A stretch of 64,000 bases of DNA from Pseudomonadota bacterium (lineage in GTDB: Bacteria; Bdellovibrionota_C; UBA2361; OMII01). This document shows positions 20,505 to 28,862 of the stretch, one piece after another (within the stretch, counting starts at the first letter, position 1; each line of letters starts with the position of its first letter). Below the pieces are notes generated by a model. The model did not search any database. It was not told where the DNA came from and saw only the letters and a program-made list of their open reading frames with translations. The stretch is taken from positions 1-64,000 of the forward strand of contig JAYPVM010000006.1 of NCBI GenBank assembly GCA_038134595.1. The letters run 5' to 3'. Made by a program: the position numbers and the translations under genes.

Positions 20505-21515
20505 TTATCTCGATATCAAGCGCTCTACGATCTGAACGGCATTCAAAGCAGCTCCTTTTCGAACATTGTCAGCCACTATCCACAACGCAAGGCCATTCTC
20601 AACGGACCGATCTCGTCTTAGCCGCCCAACAGCAATCGTATCGCTTCCACCGGAACTTACCTGCATAGGATACTCCGAGTGAGATTCCGCCAGTTCTATA
20701 CCCTCAGCGTCTTTAAGCGCCTCGCGGATGTTTTCCATAGAGAACTCTCTCTCGGTCTCGATAGTAACTGACTCCGCATGTCCGTAAAAAACTGGCACTC
20801 GCACCGCAGTCGCAGTAATCGAGAGATCAGGGAGATCGAGTATTTTCCGGCTCTCGTTCATGACTTTCAATTCTTCTCCGGTATATCCATCTTCATAAAT
20901 AGCGTCGATTTGTGGAATACAGTTAAAAGCGATCTGATGTGGGAAAACACTCTGCGGCATCTCACTCTGGTTACATATCGAAAGCGTCTGGGACCATAGC
21001 TCATCTAATCCATCTCGCCCTGCACCCGAGACAGATTGATAGGTCGAAACAACAACCCGCTTTAACCCTGCGACCAAATTAATCGCATGCAAAACAGCGA
21101 CGAGTTGAATCGTTGAACAGTTCGGATTGGCTATAAGCCGTGTTTGCTCTGTAATAGAATCACCATTAATCTCGGGAACTACCAGCGGTACGTCATTCTG
21201 CAGTCGAAATGCGCTTGAATTATCTACAACTATCGCCCCTGCCTTAACTGCTATTGGAGCGAACTTGGTGGACAAATCAGTAGAAGTGGCAAACAGCGCA
21301 AAATCAACGCCTTCAAAGGAGTCTTCATTCAACTCCTCTACAACCGCTTCTGTGTCACGAAATTTATAGACCTCTCCTGCCGAATCCTTTGAGGCCAACA
21401 GCCTTACGGATTCTACCGGCATGTCACGCTCCTCTAGAACCGAAAGCATTTCGCTTCCTACAAGCCCTGTAGCTCCAACGATCGCGATAATTGGTTGTCT
21501 GCTATTCATGCCCAT
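20505..21515 (-). CDS. asd: aspartate-semialdehyde dehydrogenase
   Basis: GATGLVG, DNSSAFR, ANPNCST, YQSVSGAG and DNVRKGAALN motifs; GAGG SD before ATG 21515. Confidence 0.96.
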   Translation of the reverse strand: MGMNSRQPIIAIVGATGLVGSEMLSVLEERDMPVESVRLLASKDSAGEVYKFRDTEAVVEELNEDSFEGVDFALFATSTDLSTKFAPIAVKAGAIVVDNSSAFRLQNDVPLVVPEINGDSITEQTRLIANPNCSTIQLVAVLHAINLVAGLKRVVVSTYQSVSGAGRDGLDELWSQTLSICNQSEMPQSVFPHQIAFNCIPQIDAIYEDGYTGEELKVMNESRKILDLPDLSITATAVRVPVFYGHAESVTIETEREFSMENIREALKDAEGIELAESHSEYPMQVSSGGSDTIAVGRLRRDRSVENGLALWIVADNVRKGAALNAVQIVERLISR

Positions 21516-21693
21516 TTTCCTCTCTTTGGTTAGAATCAAAAAAGGGTGCCAGACTCCCTGAGTATTGGCAAGTGTTAGGGCACGAATGTGGCGAAAGTGT
21601 GCTTCAAATCACTTTTTCTCGGGTAGAAATGGGAAAAAGACGTCGAGATCTACTCTCAACAGCCGTCGTAGTCTAATTTGGGCGTGACGCGCA

Positions 21694-21891
21694 CTATGAG
21701 GAGAGAATCTCTCTGTGGCGCTTCTCTCGGAGCAATTTTTCAATGGTAAAAGATGCCAACTTGTAACCCTCTTCCTCGGTCTTACCAGCTTGCATTGCTA
21801 TATCGGTAATTGCCTCTATGAGATCCCCAAGGGTGGTATCGATACGAACTACCTGCTCTGAATGTTGACTTCCGGGTTGCTGCGATCTCAT
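21694..21891 (-). CDS. small hypothetical protein (65 aa)
   Basis: AAAGGAG SD before ATG 21891; protein-like helical sequence TTLGDLIEAITDIA; the longer upstream extension in the ORF track looks non-coding. Confidence 0.6.
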   Translation of the reverse strand: MRSQQPGSQHSEQVVRIDTTLGDLIEAITDIAMQAGKTEEEGYKLASFTIEKLLREKRHREILSS

Positions 21892-22233
21892 AACGACTCC
21901 TTTAAACAAAAAACTAAAACCTACTATCGACGTACGCAGCGTCCCAACAAAGAAGTTGCCCCCCCCCTTTGCTTTAGTATACCGCACCACTCCGATACGC
22001 ACGAAGCAAATTCTTTCGGCACAGCACTTGAAGCTACGTTTAATGAGATGCCCTACAGACAATGAATGAATCAAATTTTTTAATGGTTGCGGTACCCGCA
22101 ACGACTGCAATGCGTGTAAAAATAGGCCGTTAGCACATACAACAGGCATAAACAGAAAACTATACTTTCGTTCAATGCTTGAAGGGTTTAGCGTCAATAG
22201 CAAGTTTCAAAGAGCAATCTCAAAGAATCGCAT

Positions 22234-22272
22234 AAAAAATCCTCTCTCAGGCTTTACCTCCTGAGAGAGGAT
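22234..22272 (-). terminator. Rho-independent terminator downstream of ihfB
   Basis: 13-bp stem ATCCTCTCTCAGG/CCTGAGAGAGGAT followed by a T run on the minus strand. Confidence 0.85.
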
Positions 22273-22367
22273 CTATCTAACAGGCCAGTGCAGATTGCTC
22301 TTGGAACGGGCCGTTTCAGAGTCACAGTCCAGATTAGAAAAATTGGACCTTTTAAAAACCAACCAAA

Positions 22368-22673
22368 CTATCCAACAGAAGCCGTCTCGTCTTCGGCAAG
22401 TCTATCAATTCGCTCTTTTAGCTCCTTTCCAACCTTAAAGAATGGGAGTTTCTTCGGAGGAACTGGAATCTTTTCACCCGTCTTGGGGTTGCGGCCTTCG
22501 TATGCTCCGTAGTCTTTCACAACGAAACTACCGAAGCCTCGAATCTCAATGCGTCCTCCACTTACAAGTGTATCCCGCATTTTTTTGTAAATTAAATTAA
22601 CAACCTCTTCAGCTTGCACTACACTTATCTGAGAACGTTGAGCTAAAAGTTCGATTAATTCTGACTTATTCAC
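22368..22673 (-). CDS. ihfB: integration host factor subunit beta
   Basis: MNKSELIE, RIEIRGFGSF, GRNPKTGE and PFFKVGKELKER motifs; GTG start. Confidence 0.92.
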   Translation of the reverse strand: MNKSELIELLAQRSQISVVQAEEVVNLIYKKMRDTLVSGGRIEIRGFGSFVVKDYGAYEGRNPKTGEKIPVPPKKLPFFKVGKELKERIDRLAEDETASVG

Positions 22674-23099
22674 TTTAATCCCTATTTGATGAGGTCAATA
22701 CAACAAAAACAGCTTACCGCTTTTTGGTGCGGTCGAAAATGGTTAAAATACAATTACCTACGTGTAATTGGTTTTATACTCAGTATGATGAAAGTCTGTC
22801 AAAAGTGATTTCTAAAATATTTATAAAATTAACCATTTCGAGTAGAACGCGGTTCTGGTTCAACAGGTGTTATACTGCCTTCCGGTTGCAATTCCAGCTC
22901 AAATGGATTGATTCGTGTTTTTTAATTCTTCATCCCGGCAATCATCGCACTTAGGCTATGTCTATCGTTACAGGCACGCTTCATCCAGAATACATCCTCG
23001 ACAGACAATTCCGCAGGCCGTTCGCGTGCTGAAATTTGCAAGCGTTTTACTCTGAGCTAAAACAGTGCAATCGATCAAACTCGCGCGTAGAGTACTCGC

Positions 23100-23516
23100 A
23101 TGACCAATGCTCCCGAAATTATATCCATAATGACCCCTTTACCCCATACCATCGAGGCCTCGCATTCGATCCATGAAGCGAAAGCAATTATGGATATGGA
23201 GCGCATCCGTCACTTACCCGTAACATCCGACGGCCGCCTAGTCGGCATGCTCTCCGAGAGAGATTTAAAACTTGCTTTTGCAATCAGCGCAACGAGTGAG
23301 CCTACGTCTACTATCCATGTTGGCGACGTGTGCAACTTGGAAGCCTACGTAGCAAATTTCTCAACCCCCATAAATGATGTACTTTCGATAATGATTGAGA
23401 GAAAACTTGGATCCGCTCTAGTTACTCGCGGAGAGAGACTCGTTGGTATTGTTACCAACACAGACATATATCGAAACTACAATGAACTACTTAAAATAAA
23501 GTACCCAGACGCGTAG
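23100..23516 (+). CDS. CBS-domain pair protein
   Basis: IMTP, IRHLPV..LVGMLSERD and LVGIVTNTD form two CBS motifs. Confidence 0.88.
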   Translation: MTNAPEIISIMTPLPHTIEASHSIHEAKAIMDMERIRHLPVTSDGRLVGMLSERDLKLAFAISATSEPTSTIHVGDVCNLEAYVANFSTPINDVLSIMIERKLGSALVTRGERLVGIVTNTDIYRNYNELLKIKYPDA

Positions 23517-23547
23517 TTCATAAAATTGCATCAATCGTAAGAGCTGG

Positions 23548-23775
23548 CTATTCTGCGATAGCATAAATTCGCTGGGGGCCCTCCCCTACAACAGAAAGCT
23601 CCCCCTCTGAAATCATCGAATCCAAAACAGCTTGAATATCATTCTCATGTCCCTCTACAATCGGCCTCTCCTCCTCTTCGTGTACCACTATGAGGTTGTT
23701 AAAGTACAACCCATCCTCTGCCTCAGGATGTCTTAGGGCGGCTAAAATCTGTTCTCTGATGATATTTGAGGCCAT
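23548..23775 (-). CDS. small acidic hypothetical protein (75 aa), possible winged-helix fold
   Basis: GGAGGAG SD before ATG 23775; helix-rich sequence ending in a likely beta-hairpin. Confidence 0.6.
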   Translation of the reverse strand: MASNIIREQILAALRHPEAEDGLYFNNLIVVHEEEERPIVEGHENDIQAVLDSMISEGELSVVGEGPQRIYAIAE

Positions 23776-24137
23776 AATCTCCTCCACGGTCTCTGGCTCT
23801 AGCGTTGTCATGCCAACTAGAGAGATAAGGCTTTTTTCGCCTCTCTCGATTTCTGACACATTCGAGTAAGAAACTCCGCTTGTACCAAAGTCCCCCCGCT
23901 TGGCTCTTTGAACTAGTACAAGCCCCGAGAGCCGAGAGCCGAGAACCATCCTTCAAGGACAACACGAAATCTCTCTGATGTAAGTCTACCTCACATTACC
24001 TCTATCGACGAGAGATAAACACTCCCTCAAGAAAAACCATTATCGGAGCAGTTGGTTATCCGCCACATTTAGAAAACTTTTAGCGGTTATTGGTTGGAAG
24101 TTGGTTTGGCAGGGCAAAGCATCAAATAAAGCGGCTA

Positions 24138-24214
24138 TGGTACGCTCGGCAGGGATCGAACCTGCGACCCCAAGTTTAGGAAACTTGTGCTCTATCCTAC
24201 TGAGCTACGAGCGC
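24138..24214 (-). tRNA. tRNA-Arg (anticodon CCU)
   Basis: Reverse complement GCGCTCGTAGCTCAGTAGGATAGAGCACAAGTTTCCTAAACTTGGGGTCGCAGGTTCGATCCCTGCCGAGCGTACCA folds as a cloverleaf with CCT anticodon, GTTCGA T-loop and encoded CCA. Confidence 0.97.
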
Positions 24215-24395
24215 ATACCAACCCGATAAGTCTATCAAAATTAAACCTCTCCGCCAACAAGTCCTAATAAAGATGGCCCTTGAACCCGGGAATTAGATAA
24301 ATTGCAAGTACTTAAAAGCAACGTCCGGTTTACAAGAGAACAGCAATAGCCGAGGTCACATACAGCCCTGTGAATGCTTTCAATTGCCAGCCTGA

Positions 24396-25100
24396 CTATC
24401 GAAAGAACAGTCGCGGATTGATAGCTGCAAACTTACCGTCTTCATCCTTAACTCGAGTTTCAAAGTGCAAGTGTGGTCCCGTTACATTTCCAGTCGCACC
24501 TACTTCTCCGATAATATCTCGCGCCGTTACGCGCTGGCCCTTGCGGACTAGGTTTTTAGAATTGTGCGCATAAACAGTCATGAGCCCATCGCCTTTGATT
24601 GCAATCACCTTTCCATATCTACCCCAATTGTTTCTGGCTAGAACCACAACACCATCGTGTGCCGCTCTAATTGGAGTACCGGGGGCAACCGCCAAATCGA
24701 CTCCCTCATGAAACCGCTTCCATCTCCATCCAAATCGTGATGAGAATCGCCCATGAGAAACAGGCATCGCTAGGCTACCAATGTAGCCGGCTACAGGTGC
24801 GATGCTAACTACCCGAACACCATCCGCAGAGCCTTTATAGATATCTTGAGGAGTATCTGTTTGTCGTTCTTCTCGGATTTCGCCTGCCACGGCAAGCTTC
24901 TGTCCAATTTGCAAACGACGAGGATCTCTGATGCCATTTACGCGTTGTAGCTCTACAGGGCTTGTCCCATATCGCCTTGCAATCGAAGTAAGCGTCTCTC
25001 CGTTTTGCACCGTGTGAACACTCTCCGAAGAGGCAAACAGCGCGCCACACCCCGAACAGATAACAATCGTTATCGCCAAAGCAAAATACTTCCGTATCAT
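24396..25100 (-). CDS. LysM + M23 peptidase lipoprotein (NlpD-like)
   Basis: Lipobox ICSGC, LysM (HTVQNGETLTSIARRY), M23 HEGVD, YAH and PHLHFE with Zn ligands intact; follows pcm. Confidence 0.9.
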   Translation of the reverse strand: MIRKYFALAITIVICSGCGALFASSESVHTVQNGETLTSIARRYGTSPVELQRVNGIRDPRRLQIGQKLAVAGEIREERQTDTPQDIYKGSADGVRVVSIAPVAGYIGSLAMPVSHGRFSSRFGWRWKRFHEGVDLAVAPGTPIRAAHDGVVVLARNNWGRYGKVIAIKGDGLMTVYAHNSKNLVRKGQRVTARDIIGEVGATGNVTGPHLHFETRVKDEDGKFAAINPRLFFR

Positions 25101-25106
25101 AAATCC

Positions 25107-25745
25107 CTAAACCTTTTCAAAAACAGTTCGCCTAGCTCCTCCTGCACCCTGGTCCCACAGAGTGAGTCGTATACCATCATGGCTCTGTAGTGGAGCAACA
25201 GCCAACCCACCGTTAACCATCTGATGCAAGGGCAACTCTGCCTCTTGAGCAATCGGATAGCAACAGATCAAAGCATCAAACGGCGCAGCGTCATCCCATC
25301 CCTTTGTTGCATCACCACTTTGAATCCATACTGCGTGGTGCCCTAACTTATCTAAGTTTTTCCGAGTAGCTTGTGCCATCGAAATAATCCGCTCAATTCC
25401 AAAAACCTGCGCACCAATAGCATCGAGAACTGCACATAAATATCCACTACCTGCACCCATAACAAGAATCCTTGCCCGCTTCCGAGCTTCGACCAAAGCA
25501 CACATTCTAATCAATACCTCTGGCCGATATAACACCTGCTCCTCGCCGATAGCTACACAATCATCAGAGTATTTCTCCTGATATCCAACATGCGATAAGA
25601 ATTGTTCTCTACGTACCCTTGAAAACCCAGCCCGTATGCCCCGTTCAAGACTCTCGTCAAGTATTGCCGCCGCATTTATCCAATCCTCAACCGCTCGATG
25701 CCACGAATCAAATTCTTCGCTAGCCTTAACTGCACTATCAACCAT
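25107..25745 (-). CDS. pcm: protein-L-isoaspartate O-methyltransferase family protein (divergent)
   Basis: VRREQF, GAGSGY, IER and GDATKGW..APFD motifs; pcm-nlpD synteny. Confidence 0.78.
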   Translation of the reverse strand: MVDSAVKASEEFDSWHRAVEDWINAAAILDESLERGIRAGFSRVRREQFLSHVGYQEKYSDDCVAIGEEQVLYRPEVLIRMCALVEARKRARILVMGAGSGYLCAVLDAIGAQVFGIERIISMAQATRKNLDKLGHHAVWIQSGDATKGWDDAAPFDALICCYPIAQEAELPLHQMVNGGLAVAPLQSHDGIRLTLWDQGAGGARRTVFEKV

Positions 25746-26181
25746 CTGTTAGTCCTATTCCTTCTTGGTAGCCTACTCAGAGATACTCGAGCCAACACCG
25801 CCTCAACTCAAAACAAGCCACCACCTTGAATGGGTAAACGTCGTTATAAACTTGCCGGTGTTAGTCATGTTCCTTATCGAGAAAACCACGTCCCAGACTC
25901 CTTGGAAAGGGGGAAATGCCCCTATAACTATAACTCCTGACTATCAACAGCCATAAAAGTTCAAAATTATTCATCAAACAATGAAAATCCAGGTGCATTT
26001 AATGAATCTTATATAGCGCATACTTTGCACATGTCACTTAGACCTAATTAAGCAAACTCGTTCAAGGCAAGATGCGAGAAAGCTTTAGGGCAGACGACGG
26101 TGCCTAAACTTACCGCGGTAGGTGCGTGGACGATCACTTCCTACCTGTTTTTGTTTCGTATTTTCATAGAGATGCCTATCC

Positions 26182-27153
26182 ATGGCCAATCACTATCAGA
26201 CTCTGGGAATAACTACTGCCTCAAGTGACCGTGAGATCCAGCGTGCGTACAGAACTCTTGCTAGGCGATATCACCCGGATGTCAATCCGCAGGGTGGAAC
26301 CGAGGTTGCGTTCCAAAAAATAGCGGAAGCCTACGCGACACTGTCAGATAAGGAAAAACGGCGAGAGTATGACCTTGCGCTTAGGAATGCTCGCAAAACA
26401 TTTGAACAATCCTTTGAACAAGCCCATAAAGTCTTCACAAAAAATCAAGCCGAATTCAAAAAAGAGCAGTACAGGCAAAATAATCTATCGAAGAATAAGT
26501 TTACGATATCCCTTCTGCGCACGACTGGCAAAAAATTACAGAACTATCTAGAGCAAACTATCGAGCCTCTCGTAACTAGAAAACGAGGTGAGAAAAGGAA
26601 ACGAAAAAGTAGTCTATCAATTATCGAGCTATCGATATCCATTTTTGAGGCTCTATACGGAACAAAAAAAACTGTGGATTTAAGCGGCTCATCAAATATT
26701 CAGCGAAAGGTATCTGTCTCAATCTCTCCTGGCATATGGACTGGATCGACTATTCGATTTAGAAACCCGAAAAATCATACCGAAGAGATTCTGGTCATCG
26801 TAACTGTGGAATCACACCCATGGATATCTATCGGAGAGCGGGGAATAACTTTGGACATCCCAATTAGCCTTCATGAGGCTCTTTATGGTTCGAAAATAGA
26901 GGTCCCAACGCTCGATGAACCGGTACGCATTACTATCGCTCCCATAACTCAAAGTGGCACAGAGGTTCGACTTCGTGGTAAAGGAATCGCAAATCGTTCC
27001 GGTGATCGCGGAGACCTCTATCTTCGATACATACTCCAATTACCACCTCTTAAAGATACTGAAGTCACACGTTCCGTTGAAAGTCTAATCGAGAACGACT
27101 ACGGCCACCAACTCCGCAGCCTCTTAAACTGCAAGCAGGAGGATTCAATATGA
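26182..27153 (+). CDS. DnaJ/CbpA-like co-chaperone (J domain + C-terminal domain, no zinc finger)
   Basis: YHPD J domain, EAYATLSD, EVPTLD, RLRGKG..RGDLY. Confidence 0.88.
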   Translation: MANHYQTLGITTASSDREIQRAYRTLARRYHPDVNPQGGTEVAFQKIAEAYATLSDKEKRREYDLALRNARKTFEQSFEQAHKVFTKNQAEFKKEQYRQNNLSKNKFTISLLRTTGKKLQNYLEQTIEPLVTRKRGEKRKRKSSLSIIELSISIFEALYGTKKTVDLSGSSNIQRKVSVSISPGIWTGSTIRFRNPKNHTEEILVIVTVESHPWISIGERGITLDIPISLHEALYGSKIEVPTLDEPVRITIAPITQSGTEVRLRGKGIANRSGDRGDLYLRYILQLPPLKDTEVTRSVESLIENDYGHQLRSLLNCKQEDSI

Positions 27154-27998
27154 CCAAACGAGAAGCATCTAGAATGAGTGCCGTTTATTTTGGAATCATG
27201 ACGTTTTTATGTCAGACCATGGCTCTTAGTGGCGCAATTATTTCATGGCGATTTTATCCGCACGTCGCCCTATCATTACTAACTGCTACCGCAGTTGGCT
27301 TCATTAGCTCTCGTAGTCTGCGCCTACCGGCCTCCTGGCAGCTCATTAATAGCGCCATGCCATGCTCAGCGGCTCTATTACTCTCGATTTCAATTCCATC
27401 GTGGATACTGCTTTTAATTACCGTAAGCTTAGCCGCCGTATATGCTCCAGCACTCTGGACCCGAGTTCCGTTGTACCCTACTCCGACAGAATCATACGCC
27501 GCAATTCTTGCAGACCTTCCTAATGATAGGCCATTCTCATTTATCGACGTGGGAAGCGGGACAGGTCAACTGCTCATATTTCTGGCAAAGCATCGTCCTA
27601 ATGGAGTTTTCGTAGGAGTAGAGGCTGCCCCAACACCATATCTCATCAGTCTTATTCTCAAGAACTATTATCGGGCAACAAACGTTTCCGTCCGTATGCA
27701 AGATTTCTGGAAAACCGACTTGTCCTCTTTCGAGTGGGTGTACACATTTTTATCACCTGCTGCGATGCCAAAAATTTGGGCTAAAGTACAAAGTGAAATG
27801 AGACAAGGAACATTTATCACAAACACATTTCAAGTGCCTGCAGAACCAAGTGAAGTTGTCTCGATCAACAACCTGCGGTGCTCTGCGCTATACATACACA
27901 GAATATCAGCCGATCAGGACGGTCGTCTGCAAAAACTATCCGCGCCCTTTGCGACCCTCCCAAAAGATAACTACTGGCGAAACTATAAACACGGTTGA
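27150..27998 (+). CDS. membrane-anchored class I SAM-dependent methyltransferase
   Basis: 3-4 N-terminal TM helices, VPLYPT, FIDVGSGTG (motif I), DFWKTDL, YTFLSP. Confidence 0.8.
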   Translation: MTKREASRMSAVYFGIMTFLCQTMALSGAIISWRFYPHVALSLLTATAVGFISSRSLRLPASWQLINSAMPCSAALLLSISIPSWILLLITVSLAAVYAPALWTRVPLYPTPTESYAAILADLPNDRPFSFIDVGSGTGQLLIFLAKHRPNGVFVGVEAAPTPYLISLILKNYYRATNVSVRMQDFWKTDLSSFEWVYTFLSPAAMPKIWAKVQSEMRQGTFITNTFQVPAEPSEVVSINNLRCSALYIHRISADQDGRLQKLSAPFATLPKDNYWRNYKHG

Positions 27999-28835
27999 GT
28001 ACGCTCCCAAAACAATCCCAGCGACCAAGTAGAGACTTAGATCTTTGATTTCTCCTGTTCCGACGATATAAAGTGCCAGCGCCGAGAAGAATGTTAATAT
28101 GTGGGTGATTAAGGTGCGGGACAGGGTGAAATTAAGCGCATCATTGACAATCTCAGTCAAGGATCCACCTCGTCTTTTCTCACGCTGCTCTCTGACCCGA
28201 TCAAAGATCACAACCGTATCATTAACCGAATATCCGACAATTGTTAGGGCCGCAGCAAGCGTTGCCATCCCAATAACATGCCCCGATAGGATGTACACGC
28301 CTGTCGCAATTATCACATCATGAAATAGCGCTACAATCGTTCCAAGGCCCACAGCAAATTCAAATCGAATCGCAATATAAGCAAGTATTCCAACGAGACC
28401 TAATGCCACAGCACAAAGCGCACTCCATCGCAATTCTGCTCCCACAGTCGGACCGACATAATCAGTCTTATCGATTCGCGCTGTTGTTCCAAATGATGCC
28501 GTTAGCGCATCCTGAACCTTTGAACGAACACTGCCCACATCACCTGTGTCTCCGAGTCTTATCGAATACTCATTCTTCTCCCCCTGAAAGGCCTGAACCC
28601 GAGTATCCTCTAACCCAGCCTTTTTAAGACCGGCTCGAATCTCTTCACTATCTTCTCCTCCCGAGAACGACACTAGGAACTCATGCCCACCACTAAAGTC
28701 AGTGCCATATTTAGCATCACCACTCGAGACAAATACATACAGAGAAAAACCCACCATCAATACAGATAACATCGCGCACCAATAGCGCTTTCCCATAAAA
28801 TCTATCGACACACCACTTGGAATTAACTCTTTCAT
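27936..28835 (-). CDS. secF: protein translocase subunit SecF
   Basis: GTDFSGG, VGPTVG, ALFHDV, GYSVNDTVVIFDRVRE and TLSRT motifs. Confidence 0.96.
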   Translation of the reverse strand: MKELIPSGVSIDFMGKRYWCAMLSVLMVGFSLYVFVSSGDAKYGTDFSGGHEFLVSFSGGEDSEEIRAGLKKAGLEDTRVQAFQGEKNEYSIRLGDTGDVGSVRSKVQDALTASFGTTARIDKTDYVGPTVGAELRWSALCAVALGLVGILAYIAIRFEFAVGLGTIVALFHDVIIATGVYILSGHVIGMATLAAALTIVGYSVNDTVVIFDRVREQREKRRGGSLTEIVNDALNFTLSRTLITHILTFFSALALYIVGTGEIKDLSLYLVAGIVLGAYSTVFIVSPVVIFWEGRKGRG

Positions 28836-28862
28836 AGGTCCTCTCTATAGTCCCTCAATCTC

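Noticed and set aside
21578..21593. Sigma-54-like GG-N10-GC element (GGGCACGAATGTGGCG)
   Set aside because: Imperfect match on the plus strand with no plus-strand gene downstream.
21892..22203. N-terminal extension of the 169-aa ORF 21694-22203
   Set aside because: Not protein-like and crosses a C homopolymer; a strong SD marks ATG 21891 as the likely start.
23924..23947. Short CCGAGAG tandem repeat
   Set aside because: About three imperfect 7-mers in non-coding DNA; too short to support a function.
24138..24214. tRNA-Arg as integration site of a genomic island
   Set aside because: No integrase and no duplicated tRNA 3' end seen; the flanking genes look chromosomal.
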